A stretch of 64,000 nt of DNA from Gemmatimonadota bacterium (GCA_039588275.1 JBDHAC010000017.1:32001-96000), one strand, 5' to 3'; counted from the stretch's first letter, positions 1-10,004 are shown. Made by a program: numbers and translations. The notes: generated by a model from the letters alone, not told the origin.

Positions 1-1427
1 TTGTCCTCCGCCATGTGCGGAGGTTGCATCGAGGCGATCACCCGCAGGTCCGCGAAGCGCGCGAAGTCGTCGGGGTGCACGATCTGCGCGTGCTCGATGC
101 GCGGACGCAGCGCGTGGAGGCTCGCGGTGTCGGCGAACAGCTCCGCCACGAAGTCGAGCGTCTCGCGGTTTCCCGCATCCCCGATCGCGTGGATGGCGGG
201 CTGGAACCCGGCTCGGGACAGCTCCGCGATTCGCTCGTGGTCGTAGCCGTATCCGTGCGAGCCCGTCCCGCGCTGCCCGGGAAGGTCGCTGTAGTCGTCC
301 AGCAGCAGGGCTCCGCGTGATCCCAGCGCGCCGTCGTAGTGCCCCTTTACGGAACGCGTGATCAGACGTTCACCGGGGCCCTCCCCACCCGGTGCATCCG
401 GCCCTCGCTCATGCCAGGCATCCAGAAGCGCCGAATCGCGGCCGGACAGCATGGCGTACACGCGGATCGGAAGCCTGCCATCGCGCTCGAGCGTCTCGAG
501 CGCCGACATGAGCGCGCCATCCGCGCCGGCCTCGTGCACCATGACGAAGCCGTCCTCCGCCATCGCACCGAGCCCCGAGAGGACCTGCCCCGCGAGTCGC
601 TCGGGCGTGGCCTCGGGCAGAGCGGCATCGAACAGCGCCGTGGCCCGGTTGAGGAAGAGGCCGGTGGGCCGCCCATCACGATCGCGGCGAATCTCGCCGC
701 CCGACGGGGTAGGCGTGGCCGCGTCGATTCCCGCGCGCTCGAGGGCCCGGCGGTTCGCCCATAGCGCGAAGCCGTGCAGACCGCGCAACAGGACCGGGTG
801 ATTCGGAACCGCGGAGCTGAGCAGATCGTGCGTCGGGTATCGATCCGCCCACGCACCCTCGTCCCAGCCCCACCCGAGGACCCACTCGCCCGGGGGAACC
901 TGCGCCGTCCGTTCTGCGACGCGACCGATCGCTTCTTCCTCGGCTTCGACGCCGACGAGGTCGACCTGTTCGAGCCGCGCGCCCAGCGAGGCGATGTGCA
1001 CGTGCGCATCCACCAGCCCGGGAAGGACCGTGGCTCCCTCCACATCGATGACCCTCGCCGCGTTCGCGCGGTAGCCCTCGGCCTCCGAGTCCGAGCCGAC
1101 GAACACCAGGATGCCATCCCGTATCGCGACGGCTTCGGCGTCTGGCCGCCAACCAGCGGCCCGGTAAGGGGCGTCGGGCGCCGGAGTCCCGTCCGGCGCG
1201 GGTGCCGGCCACGTGAGGGTGTACACGCGACCGTTGGTGAGGAGCAGATCGACGGGTCGGCCGTCCGCACCGGGGCGGTCCGCACCGGTGCAGGCGGAGA
1301 GCCCGACGCACGACAGCGCGGCGACGAAGAGCGCCGCGCGAGAGGCAGGCCTGGCCACGTGCGCGGGGGAGCTGCGGCGAAGCGTCGGCGACCTGGGCCG
1401 GAGCCTGCCGGTGTGCCCTACGATCAC
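1..1427 (-). CDS. Amidohydrolase 3 (YtcJ-like) family lipoprotein, 3' end runs off the window
   Basis: Not in the ORF track; my translation gives a lipobox-like LSAC, VDLLLTNGRVYT, LPGLVDAHVH (metal-binding DxHxH), KGHYDGALGSRGALL, AIHAIGD, RIEHAQ and IASMQPPH. Start is uncertain: GTG 1427 overlapping the upstream stop, or GTG 1358. Confidence 0.85.
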   Translation of the reverse strand, partial: MIVGHTGRLRPRSPTLRRSSPAHVARPASRAALFVAALSCVGLSACTGADRPGADGRPVDLLLTNGRVYTLTWPAPAPDGTPAPDAPYRAAGWRPDAEAVAIRDGILVFVGSDSEAEGYRANAARVIDVEGATVLPGLVDAHVHIASLGARLEQVDLVGVEAEEEAIGRVAERTAQVPPGEWVLGWGWDEGAWADRYPTHDLLSSAVPNHPVLLRGLHGFALWANRRALERAGIDAATPTPSGGEIRRDRDGRPTGLFLNRATALFDAALPEATPERLAGQVLSGLGAMAEDGFVMVHEAGADGALMSALETLERDGRLPIRVYAMLSGRDSALLDAWHERGPDAPGGEGPGERLITRSVKGHYDGALGSRGALLLDDYSDLPGQRGTGSHGYGYDHERIAELSRAGFQPAIHAIGDAGNRETLDFVAELFADTASLHALRPRIEHAQIVHPDDFARFADLRVIASMQPPHMAED

Positions 1428-2548
1428 ACCCAACCGCGTGCGCGAAAGCCGCGCAGGGTCTCGGCGAAGCGCTCCATCTCCTCGGGCAAGCCGAACGAGA
1501 GGCGATTGTACTCGAGCATGGGCGGGAACGGCCGCCCTACACGGATCCCTTGCTCTGCCATCCGCCCGATGTAGGTCCTCAACTCACCCTGGATCCGGTG
1601 CATGAGGAAGTTCGTGTGCGTCGGCAGGTACTCGAGCCCCAGGTCGTCCAGACATTCATGCGCGATCGTTTTCGCACGGGTGTTGACGTCCACGCTCCGG
1701 CCCACAAGCTCGGAGTCCGTCAGCGAGGCGGCCGCGGCCACGGCGGCCATGTGGTTCGGGTTGTTCCTCGTCAGGAACGGCCGCATCCGCTGGACCGTCT
1801 TGGGGTGTGCGATCCCGTACCCGACTCGCATCCCCGCCATCGCGTAGATCTTCGAGAACGTCCGCACGACGAGCACGTTCGTCCGCTCCGCGGTCCAGCG
1901 TTGGGCGGACCAATACCCCGGATCGTTCGCGTACTCGAGATAGGCCTCATCGACGAGGAACAGCGTCTGATCCGAAGCTTCGCCGATCCACGCATCCACT
2001 TCCGCGGACGACGTGAGCGTCCCCGTGGGGTTGTTCGGGTTGCAGATGTAGACGATCGCCGGGTTCGAGGACCCATCGACGATCTCGCGCATCCGCCCGA
2101 TGTCGTGCGCGTGGTCCGCCGTCAGCGGGACGGACTCGACCTGGAACGGGAACGGCCGCGCGTAGCCGGGAACGTCCTCGAACGTGGGGCTTGCGAGGAC
2201 CAGCTTCGCGTTCGGCGTGCTCCACGCCTGTACGGCCACGCGGAGAATCTCGGTGGAGCCCGCCCCGAAGAAGAGCCGCTCCGGCGGCACGTCCACGTAC
2301 GGAGCCAGTACCTCGATGAGCGCCCGGCGCGACGCGCCCGGATACCGGTTCGCCTCCTCGCGGCCTTCGAGTACCGCCTCGCGGGCGACGGGGGCGAGGC
2401 CCAGGGGGTTCTCGTTCGAGCTCAGCCGTATGACTCCATCCTGTGCGTGCCGAGGATCGAACAACCACGACATGCCGTGCAGCGAAACGGGGGTGGCGCT
2501 CGCGACGCCGGCGGCCAGGCCGGTCCTGAGGAAAGCTCTTCGTTCCAT
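1424..2548 (-). CDS. HisC-like PLP-dependent aminotransferase (class I/II) with a twin-arginine (Tat) signal
   Basis: RLSSNENPLG, NRYP, YICNPNNPTG, LVDEAY and RTFSKIYAMAGMRVGY (PLP lysine). N-terminus MERRAFLRTGLAAG; AAGGAG RBS before ATG 2548. Confidence 0.85.
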   Translation of the reverse strand: MERRAFLRTGLAAGVASATPVSLHGMSWLFDPRHAQDGVIRLSSNENPLGLAPVAREAVLEGREEANRYPGASRRALIEVLAPYVDVPPERLFFGAGSTEILRVAVQAWSTPNAKLVLASPTFEDVPGYARPFPFQVESVPLTADHAHDIGRMREIVDGSSNPAIVYICNPNNPTGTLTSSAEVDAWIGEASDQTLFLVDEAYLEYANDPGYWSAQRWTAERTNVLVVRTFSKIYAMAGMRVGYGIAHPKTVQRMRPFLTRNNPNHMAAVAAAASLTDSELVGRSVDVNTRAKTIAHECLDDLGLEYLPTHTNFLMHRIQGELRTYIGRMAEQGIRVGRPFPPMLEYNRLSFGLPEEMERFAETLRGFRARGWV

Positions 2549-2667
2549 CACCGTCTCCTTGTGGCGGCGCGGGTTTCGACGGGGTGATGGGCCAACATGG
2601 ATCGCGGCGCCGGCCCGAGACAAGGGCGCGCGCGGCGTGAAGCGGCTGTCTGGCCGCAGGCCTCCAG

Positions 2668-4071
2668 TTAGCTCGGTGGGTCGCGTCGCTCGCGATCGGA
2701 GGGGGGCGGATCGCGCCGACCGTCCGGAGGTATCGGTGGCGGCCGGCCGAATCGGGGCACGACGACTCGCAGCGAGGAGAAGAGGTTCTCGAAGATAGAG
2801 TCCAGATTCACCTCGGGAATCTCACCGGCCCGCTCCACCTGAATCTGAGCGTTCGCCAGCAACGCTTCGAGCTTCTCCAACTGCTCCTCATCCATGTCCC
2901 GCTGTTGGAACGCCGTTCGGAGTTTTGGCAGCTGGCGTTGGACCTCACGCACGGCCATCGCGCGATAGCGGGTCTGGTCGTCGGCCGACGCGTGATCCTC
3001 ATCGGTGCTCAGGGCCATGAGGGCCAGCATGTTGGTCGAGTCCAGTCGGATCGAGTGCTCGAGCTTCACGCGCGCTTCCTCGTGCTGCCCTTCGCGCTGG
3101 AGTCGCAGCCCCTCGTAGAAGGCCCGTGCAGCTTGGGGATCTCGCGTCGCGACACGCGTCAACGGCGAAGGTCTCCTCTGGGAGGGCGGGTCGCCCGCTA
3201 GACGCCGCGCCAGCCGGGTCGAGAGGGTGTCTACGAGCTCGAACACGTCCCCGCCTCGCACCCGCTCCGCAGCCACGACCGTACCGGTCTCCAGGTCGAT
3301 GAGCTGTGCGTCGATCGCCAGCTCATCCGGCGAGCCGACCACGCTACCGCGCACCATGGAATGCGCGCCGGACTGCTCCGCGATGCTGGATGCCAGCCCC
3401 TCGGGGATCTGATCGGTCTCGTCGCGACCCGCCTCGCGCAGCAGGTCGAACAGACGCTGGCGCCCCACAACGCGTAGCTCTGGGATCTGTGCGAGGTTGG
3501 TGGTCAGCATGTCCGCGAGCCCGGAACCGAGCCAACCGAACTCGGGATCCGACACGTTGTTGTCGAACGGGAACACGGCCACTGACGAAGCCCCGAGGTC
3601 GAGCGTTTCCGAGGAGGCCGCGTCGATCAGAGCGGGCGCCGCGATCTGTCCACCCGGAGCGGCCGTGGACTCGGTTCCCACGGCGGCCGGCGGTTCCTCG
3701 GCCGTCGTGATCCGATACGTGCCGATCGCCGCCATCACACCCAGGGTGAGTAGCAACCACACCTCGGCCCGTGCGACCCGTTGGCGGCCCTTGGCGCCGT
3801 GGTTCCAGCCGATGACCAGCACGGCAGGGAACCCCAGCACGGCCAGCAGCACGGCGGTGTCGAGGACTTTGCGTGACAGCTCGTAATTGTCGACCAGGAA
3901 GCCGACGATCTCCACAAAGAACCAGGCCACACCCAGATACACGACGATGATCTGGAACAGGTGTCGCTTTCGCAGCTCGCTGAAGCCGCCGAGGAGTTTG
4001 TTCAATCTGGTCTCTGATATCGGATCGAAGGTTCCGTTCCCGTCGGCCGGCATCGTGCCCCGGCCACCCAT
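2668..4071 (-). CDS. Membrane protein: three N-terminal TM helices, TolB-N/FlgO-like domain and a TPR-like helix
   Basis: Three hydrophobic segments, then SVAVFPFDN...WLGSGLADMLTTNLAQIPELRVV...VRGSV...IDAQLID, typical of TolB-N-like modules. Start may be 4053. Confidence 0.65.
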   Translation of the reverse strand: MGGRGTMPADGNGTFDPISETRLNKLLGGFSELRKRHLFQIIVVYLGVAWFFVEIVGFLVDNYELSRKVLDTAVLLAVLGFPAVLVIGWNHGAKGRQRVARAEVWLLLTLGVMAAIGTYRITTAEEPPAAVGTESTAAPGGQIAAPALIDAASSETLDLGASSVAVFPFDNNVSDPEFGWLGSGLADMLTTNLAQIPELRVVGRQRLFDLLREAGRDETDQIPEGLASSIAEQSGAHSMVRGSVVGSPDELAIDAQLIDLETGTVVAAERVRGGDVFELVDTLSTRLARRLAGDPPSQRRPSPLTRVATRDPQAARAFYEGLRLQREGQHEEARVKLEHSIRLDSTNMLALMALSTDEDHASADDQTRYRAMAVREVQRQLPKLRTAFQQRDMDEEQLEKLEALLANAQIQVERAGEIPEVNLDSIFENLFSSLRVVVPRFGRPPPIPPDGRRDPPPSDRERRDPPS

Positions 4072-4359
4072 CCCTCACCCTGAAAGACACTTCTCCCGGC
4101 CCACGAGTTGGCCGCGTTCACGTACCGGGCGCGTCACGCGCAACCTTACATCGGTCAACCTGGGACGCAGGCGGTCTGAACCGGCGCACCTCGTACCAGC
4201 GAACGAGTCAACGATACTGAACGTCGCCCACTCCGCGGAAGGCTAGCTTGCGAACCGGGCGGAGGATAGGGCCGACGGACCCTGCGGAGAGCGGGGCCCG
4301 CCGACTTGCGGAGCGTGCTTACTCGCCGGGCCGAAGGGGTTGCTCCAGCGGTCTCCGGC

Positions 4360-4926
4360 TCAATTGGGCCGCCTGAGGCGACGGGCGCCGCCGGGCATAC
4401 GTCGACCCGTGCCGCGTCTGACACCCACCCGTCCCGACCGGCCGAACCGCCCTTCGACCCAGCCCTCCATGCGCCCTCGCTGCTCGGCCGACAGCAGCTC
4501 CCTCGCGCGTGCCGTCGCCGTCACTGCGGCCATGGCAGCCTGTTGCTGCGCGTCGAGGATCGCGCGGGTGTGACGCTCTATGGCTCCCACATCCGTCGTC
4601 TCGGCCCGCCACGCCTCGCGCAACGCGTCCGCATGCTCTCGGATGGTCGCCGGGAGCGCCTCGCGGGTGCTTCGGGTCTCCGCCGCCAGCGCTTCGAGCT
4701 GCGTCACCTGCTCGTCCGAAAGATCCAGTGCTTCCCGACGTTGGATGAGTAGCTGCGGGTTGAACGCCATTCCCTGCCGGCCGATCTGAGCGGGGCCGGC
4801 CCGATTACCGATCGCCATACGCGGTCCGAACGCCTGCCCGCGCGGGCCCAGCGGCCTGCGCTGCGCGTCCAACACCGCCGGGACGACGATCGTCAGTCCC
4901 AGTGCTATGAGAATCCCCCTTCGCAT
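4360..4926 (-). CDS. Spy/CpxP-like (heavy-metal-binding/LTXXQ-type) periplasmic protein
   Basis: Signal peptide MRRGILIALGLTIVVPAVLDAQ; LDLSDEQVTQL and LLSAEQRGRM repeats; G/R-rich ends; AGGAG RBS. Confidence 0.7.
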   Translation of the reverse strand: MRRGILIALGLTIVVPAVLDAQRRPLGPRGQAFGPRMAIGNRAGPAQIGRQGMAFNPQLLIQRREALDLSDEQVTQLEALAAETRSTREALPATIREHADALREAWRAETTDVGAIERHTRAILDAQQQAAMAAVTATARARELLSAEQRGRMEGWVEGRFGRSGRVGVRRGTGRRMPGGARRLRRPN

Positions 4927-5042
4927 CGCCGTCGCTCCTGCTAGGTGGTGTTCGCCTCCTCCGATCACCCTAGAGGACAGGTCACGACGCGAACGTGTTA
5001 AAAGGAGCGGCGCCACCCGCCCACGGACGGCCGGCGGGCGAC

Positions 5043-5561
5043 CTAGCGGATCAGCGCGTCGGCGCGGGATGGGTCTAGGTCCACGCTACGGTAGTGCTCC
5101 CGGGTCAATTCCAGGATTGAAAACCCGTCCTCGTACATGAGGAATGCGCCGTCCTCGTCCACGAACACGAGCGCTCCGGCGACGACGAACAGGATGATGG
5201 CCGGCTCGGTGGCATCCTCGGGCACCACGAGCGTATGCGCCTCGCCTGCAGGCTCGTAGATGAAGGACCCGGTGGTGGCGATCCAATCGTGCTCTAGGTA
5301 ACGCCAAGTTCCCTGCAGCGTGTACCCCTGCACCGTGCTGACGTGGTAGTGCTTCGGAACGACGGTTCCCGGGAGTGCTTTGAGGACGGCGGTGAAGCCG
5401 CCGGTCGTGACGTTGAACTGGCACGGCTGAAACCAGGCCGTCTCGCCGTACGGCACCCACAGACGCTCGTCCTCGAAGTCGAGCGTGGTGAGGAAGTGAT
5501 CCCTGCTGCGGCTCTCGGCCGCGAGGCCGTCGTCGAATCCGGGGAAGGATGTGATGGGCAT
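5043..5561 (-). CDS. 2,4'-dihydroxyacetophenone dioxygenase-family (ChrR-like) cupin
   Basis: LWVPY, PKHYHVSTVQGYTLQGTWRYLEHDWIA..GSFIYEPAGEAHTL cupin motifs. Confidence 0.8.
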   Translation of the reverse strand: MPITSFPGFDDGLAAESRSRDHFLTTLDFEDERLWVPYGETAWFQPCQFNVTTGGFTAVLKALPGTVVPKHYHVSTVQGYTLQGTWRYLEHDWIATTGSFIYEPAGEAHTLVVPEDATEPAIILFVVAGALVFVDEDGAFLMYEDGFSILELTREHYRSVDLDPSRADALIR

Positions 5562-5644
5562 GGGGGTCTCCGATTCGTGGAGGAAATGGAAGGCCGCCCT
5601 GAGCGGCAATCGCCCCAGGCGGCCGTTCGCATCGGGATCAGGCG

Positions 5645-8600
5645 TCAGTCCGAGTCGCGTCCGTCCCAGAAGCCGAAGCCGTCTTTTCGGGTGACCTCGA
5701 CCTGGGTCGTGTACGTCTCGTCTCCGATCGTGACCGCTACGGTGTAGGTGCCTGGAGCGGCCAGCGACCCACCTCCGCCGCCGAAACCGCGGAATCCACC
5801 GACGTTCGCGCCCCGGGCCCGCATCCCGGATCGAATCTCCAGAAACGTGTCGCGCATCTCGCCCGGGTCGAAGCCACCGGGACCGCCAGGCCCACCCGCA
5901 CCACCGGGGCGGGCCGCACGACCGCTACCCGTACCGGCCTCCGGATAGCTTTCGCCTGGCCGCTCGCGCCACCCGGTAGCCTCACCGGCCCCTCCCCCGC
6001 GCCCACCCCCACCACCGAACATGCGGCGAAGCGCCTGGGGATCGCCGCCCGTCGCCAGCTGGATCACACGGTCGACGAGCTGACGGTTCGCGCCCTCGTG
6101 CGTCACGAGCGAGTCACCGACCTCCTTGTAGAGCCGGATGTTGCGTAGGCTGTCGGCCCGCTCCGAGGGGGACTGCTCCTCCCGCTCCGCTCGCTTTTGC
6201 AGGTTCCAGTGCGTCCGGTTCAGGCCGGCGTGGGCCGGGCCCGTGAGCGTCTGAACCGTATCACCGGCCGCGTCCAGGATCGCGATCTGCACCTGGGGCC
6301 CCTGCTGCCGGCTTCCCCTCGCGCCTGCCATGCGCGCCCGCATGGCCTCGCGACGGACCTCGGCTTCACCTTCGGCAGCTTCGGCCTCGGGAGCTTGTGC
6401 CTCGCCCTCGGCGCCTTCCTCACCCCCCGCTGCCGCCATGCGCTCGCGTGCCTCCTCGCGCGCCTTCTCCGCCAGCTCTTCGGCGGTGCTCTCCGGCACC
6501 CAGTAGGTGATCTCGGCACCATAGTCGGCGCTCTCGCCCTGGAAGACCCGTTGCGCGATGAACTCGCCACCGACCGGCACATCGCCGAATTGGATCGCCG
6601 TCTTCATCGCGAACACCGTGGGCGAGGACGGGAGCGCACCGTTCGCAAGCTGCTGGAGCGGTGCGATGTCCGCGATCCAGATCGAGCGACCGTGCGTGCC
6701 CGCGATCAGCTCGTGCTCGCGCGGGTGGATCTTGAGGTCGTGTACCGGGACCGTGGGAAGCCCGTTCATGAACTTCGTCCACGATCCACCGCGATCCGTC
6801 GAGACGTACACGCCCACATCCGTCCCGACGAACAGGAGGTTGGGATTGTCGGGATCTTCGCGGACCACGTGTACGAAGTCGGGGCCGCCCCTGGGGAGGT
6901 TGGACGTGATCGAGCGGAAGCTCTCGCCACCGTCGTCCGTGGCGTACACGTACGGCGTGTAGTCGTCCTGCCGGTGACCGTCGAAGCTCACGTAGAAGCG
7001 GCGGGCGTTGTGGCTCGAGGGCTCGATGCGGCTCACGTAGGTGTTGGGCGGGACGCCCTCGAAGCGGTCCGTGAGCTCGATCCATTCGCCGCTGCCGGGG
7101 CCACGCCACACGCGCCCGTCGTCCGTCCCGGCGTACAGCTCGCCCTCGGTGAGGGGCGACTCGGCCAGCGCGACGATCGTCGCGTAGTTCTCGGCGCCGG
7201 TTACATCGCGCGTGATGCCCCCGGTGGTGTTGTAGGCGACTTCGATCTTCTCCGGGTCTGCGTACGTGAGATCTCCGGACAGCGGCTCCATCTCATCGGT
7301 GTCGTAGGTCCATTTGAGGACCTTGTTCGATCCGATGTACAGAGTCTGAGGATCGTGCGGGGAGAGCTGAAGCGGAGTGTTCCAGTTGAAGCGAAGGCCA
7401 TACTGGGCGGAATCGGCCGCCACTCGCAGCTGGAGCGCGTCGATCCGTGCCTGGGCGTCGGCCGACACGTCTTCGGGATCGTCTCCCTGGAGGATGGCGA
7501 TCGAGTCGCGCAGCGCCTTCGTCTCCTCACGCCAGTCGGGCGCCTGGAGCGAATGACGCTCCCCCGTCGCGGTGTTTCTCCAGTAGATCCTACCCTGCTG
7601 GGACTCTCCGAACACGATGTCGGGGTCCGTCGGGTCTTGCGGGGCGTAGAAGCCGTCACCGCCCCCGATCGAGTACCACATGTGGTTGTCGATCTCCCCG
7701 TCGGCTCTCCGGCTCGGGCCGCACCAGGTGTAGTTGTCCTGGAGACCGCCACACACCCGGTACGGAACGTCCATGTTGTAGCTGACGGCGTAGAACTGCC
7801 CCATCGCCATCGTGTTCACGAAGTCGTAGTTCCCGCCCTTGTCCCACGAGACGGCGATCCCACCGTCGTTCCCGACGACTATGTGGTCGGGATCGGCCGT
7901 GTCCCACCACATGGCGTGGTGGTCGACGTGGACGCCGACCGCGGCGTTCCCCACCGTTTTCCCGCCATCCTTCGAGAAGTAGAAGGACGACCAGAACACG
8001 CGGTCCGGATCAGACGGGTCGACGCGTACCTGCGAGTAGTAGAACGGGCGCGTGTTGCTCGAGTTCATGAACGTCCACGTATCGCCCCCGTCCCCGGATC
8101 GATACAGACCCGAGCCGTGCAGATCGGCGCACTCGTCTGCACCGGACTCCTCGGCCTCGGCTTTCTCGGCCCCGGTCTCTTCTGCCTGCCCTTCCTCAGC
8201 TTCCGCCTCGGCCTCACCCATCTCCGAAGCCTCGGCCGTCGGGCACTCCGGGTCTTCGGCCTCGACGATAGCGTACATGATGTCGGGATCGCTCTGGGCG
8301 ATCGCGATCCCGATGCGACCTTTTTCGGTCTCGGGGAAGCCGCCGCCCGTGACCTCGGTCCAGGTGTCGCCCCCGTCGGTCGACTTCCACAGCGCGCTCC
8401 CGGGCCCTCCGCTCTCGAGGTACCAGGGACCTCGAACGCGCTCCCAGCTCGTCGCAAACAGCATGTCCGGGTCGTCCGGGTGCATCGCGAGGTCGACGAA
8501 TCCGGCCTTCTCGCTTACGTAATGGACGCGCTCCCAGGTCTCTCCGCCGTCCTTGGTCCGGTACAGACCGCGCTCCTCGTTATGCCCCCATGGGTGCCCG

Positions 8601-9091
8601 AGGGCCGCGACGTACACGCGGTTGCGGTCGCGCGGGTCGATCACGATCCGGCCGACGGCCTGCGTGTCTTCCAGCCCCATCAGCTCCCACGTCATGCCGC
8701 CGTCGGTGGATTTGTAGACGCCCCCACCGGGCGAGATCGAATTGCGGGAGTCCTCCTCACCGGTGCCGGCCCACACCGTCTCCGGATCGCTGGGCGCGAT
8801 CGCGAGGTCACCCATCGAGATGACGCGCTCGTCATCGAACACGGGGCGGAATGTCGTCCCGTTGTTGATGGTCTTCCAGATGCCGCTCGTCGCGCCAGCG
8901 ACGTAGAACGTCTTGGTGCCTGGGACACCCTCGATGTCGGTAACCCTGCCCGACATGTTCGCCGGTCCGACGGACCGCCACGTCATGCCGGCCATGAACG
9001 CGGAATCTGCGACCGCTGGGGTCTGCGCGAGCACCACCTGAGGGGCCGCGACGAGCACGGCGACGACCCCGAGGATGAGGCGTGTGGACAT
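5645..9091 (-). CDS. Secreted BNR/Asp-box (Vps10/sortilin-like) beta-propeller glycosyl hydrolase-like protein
   Basis: Signal peptide; WRSVGPANMSGRVTD; repeated SxDGGxTW Asp boxes; HVDHHAMW, GGLQDN, RFNWNTP, LFVGTDVG, AGTHGRS. Confidence 0.85.
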   Translation of the reverse strand: MSTRLILGVVAVLVAAPQVVLAQTPAVADSAFMAGMTWRSVGPANMSGRVTDIEGVPGTKTFYVAGATSGIWKTINNGTTFRPVFDDERVISMGDLAIAPSDPETVWAGTGEEDSRNSISPGGGVYKSTDGGMTWELMGLEDTQAVGRIVIDPRDRNRVYVAALGHPWGHNEERGLYRTKDGGETWERVHYVSEKAGFVDLAMHPDDPDMLFATSWERVRGPWYLESGGPGSALWKSTDGGDTWTEVTGGGFPETEKGRIGIAIAQSDPDIMYAIVEAEDPECPTAEASEMGEAEAEAEEGQAEETGAEKAEAEESGADECADLHGSGLYRSGDGGDTWTFMNSSNTRPFYYSQVRVDPSDPDRVFWSSFYFSKDGGKTVGNAAVGVHVDHHAMWWDTADPDHIVVGNDGGIAVSWDKGGNYDFVNTMAMGQFYAVSYNMDVPYRVCGGLQDNYTWCGPSRRADGEIDNHMWYSIGGGDGFYAPQDPTDPDIVFGESQQGRIYWRNTATGERHSLQAPDWREETKALRDSIAILQGDDPEDVSADAQARIDALQLRVAADSAQYGLRFNWNTPLQLSPHDPQTLYIGSNKVLKWTYDTDEMEPLSGDLTYADPEKIEVAYNTTGGITRDVTGAENYATIVALAESPLTEGELYAGTDDGRVWRGPGSGEWIELTDRFEGVPPNTYVSRIEPSSHNARRFYVSFDGHRQDDYTPYVYATDDGGESFRSITSNLPRGGPDFVHVVREDPDNPNLLFVGTDVGVYVSTDRGGSWTKFMNGLPTVPVHDLKIHPREHELIAGTHGRSIWIADIAPLQQLANGALPSSPTVFAMKTAIQFGDVPVGGEFIAQRVFQGESADYGAEITYWVPESTAEELAEKAREEARERMAAAGGEEGAEGEAQAPEAEAAEGEAEVRREAMRARMAGARGSRQQGPQVQIAILDAAGDTVQTLTGPAHAGLNRTHWNLQKRAEREEQSPSERADSLRNIRLYKEVGDSLVTHEGANRQLVDRVIQLATGGDPQALRRMFGGGGGRGGGAGEATGWRERPGESYPEAGTGSGRAARPGGAGGPGGPGGFDPGEMRDTFLEIRSGMRARGANVGGFRGFGGGGGSLAAPGTYTVAVTIGDETYTTQVEVTRKDGFGFWDGRDSD

Positions 9092-9222
9092 CCTCTCAAC
9101 TCCTGTTTCGGAATGACGTATGGCAAGGACTGCGGCGAGGCCTCGTGGCAAGCGCCTCACATCGTGCTTAGAACACTTGAGCGTCCAACCGCGCTGTTCG
9201 CCAGATCCCTCGGTCTCCTTCC

Positions 9223-9681
9223 TCAGGCTCCGAACTGCCGGAGGTGGTGGTCAAAATGTTTGTAACTGAACAAGGCCCAGTCCCGCTGGCTCATCCGGCC
9301 GAAGTGTGGATGCTTCGGCCAATCTCGGTCTGACTCGAGGGCCAGGAACTGATCGACCAACTCGGTGAGAATGCCCAGGTCTTCGGTCCAGCCCGTCGGA
9401 TCGGCATGAAATGCCTCAGGTGGTCCCTTAATGCTGCCCTTCGGCCACGGCAGGACGTAGAGATAGAGCTCGCGAAGAACCGGATAGTTGACGGGGCTTC
9501 GTATGGCCGCGCATGACTCGTCCGCCAGCGTCATCCGCATCTGGTCGCAGAGGTGCGAGAGCATGCGGGGCGCCGTAAGGCTCCCCCACCTTGGTGGCTG
9601 GTCGGGGTTCAGGGCCGAGAGACGCTCGAAGAGCTCGGCGCGGTTCGAAGGGTTGTTGAGCGTCCGGAGCAGGTACGTCAT
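9223..9681 (-). CDS. DUF1569/DinB-like protein
   Basis: PRWGSLTAPRMLSHL ... HPHFGRMSQRDW ... YKHFDHHLRQFG; AGGAG RBS before ATG 9681. Confidence 0.8.
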   Translation of the reverse strand: MTYLLRTLNNPSNRAELFERLSALNPDQPPRWGSLTAPRMLSHLCDQMRMTLADESCAAIRSPVNYPVLRELYLYVLPWPKGSIKGPPEAFHADPTGWTEDLGILTELVDQFLALESDRDWPKHPHFGRMSQRDWALFSYKHFDHHLRQFGA

Positions 9682-9781
9682 CGGGCTCCTCGCGATGATT
9701 TGGCCGGCGATGATCCTGGTGCTGATGGAGAGTGATGGTGCAGGATGCCGGTGGCTCGCGGCAAGGGCTTCGGAGCGTAGA

Positions 9782-9908
9782 TGCCGGAGGTGGACCGGAG
9801 GGATCCCAGAGGCCGGACTCGGGGCGCGAGCGTAGCGAGGGTCGAGCGAGGACGCGGCAGCGGCCGCAGCTCCCACCCTCAAGGGACTATGTCCCACCGG
9901 ATTTTGAG
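9782..9908 (-). pseudogene. Displaced 3' half of tRNA-Leu(CAA) with an 84-nt insertion in the T arm (attR-like)
   Basis: 9875-9908 is identical to 13320-13353 (34 bp, starting at anticodon loop CTCAAAA). 9782-9790 matches the tRNA 3' end CCTCCGGCA. An 84-nt segment replaces TCGAGTCCCT between them. Confidence 0.85.
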
Positions 9909-10004
9909 ACCTGCGGAAGGGGTCACACAGAGCGGAAATCGTGTACCATTTGGGGCTTCCTCGCGCCCGACGTGTCCCTAGATGGCCCTACGTGACCCTC
10001 CGTT

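Noticed and set aside
4965..5005. Possible ECF promoter (TTTAAC...TGTCC) upstream of the Spy-like gene
   Set aside because: The match is too loose to support without a genome-wide motif.
6197..9265. 1022-aa plus-strand ORF, and similar long antisense ORFs (14341-16233, 27597-29249, 41337-43145, 57040-58401)
   Set aside because: They lie antisense to well-supported genes, are R/P/V-rich and have no motifs; typical shadow ORFs of high-GC DNA.
9223..9897. Extended DUF1569 ORF starting MGHSPLRV, and the ORFs at 13094-13408 and 13295-13786
   Set aside because: These translate tRNA or att-site sequence; the DUF1569 gene has its own RBS and ATG at 9681.
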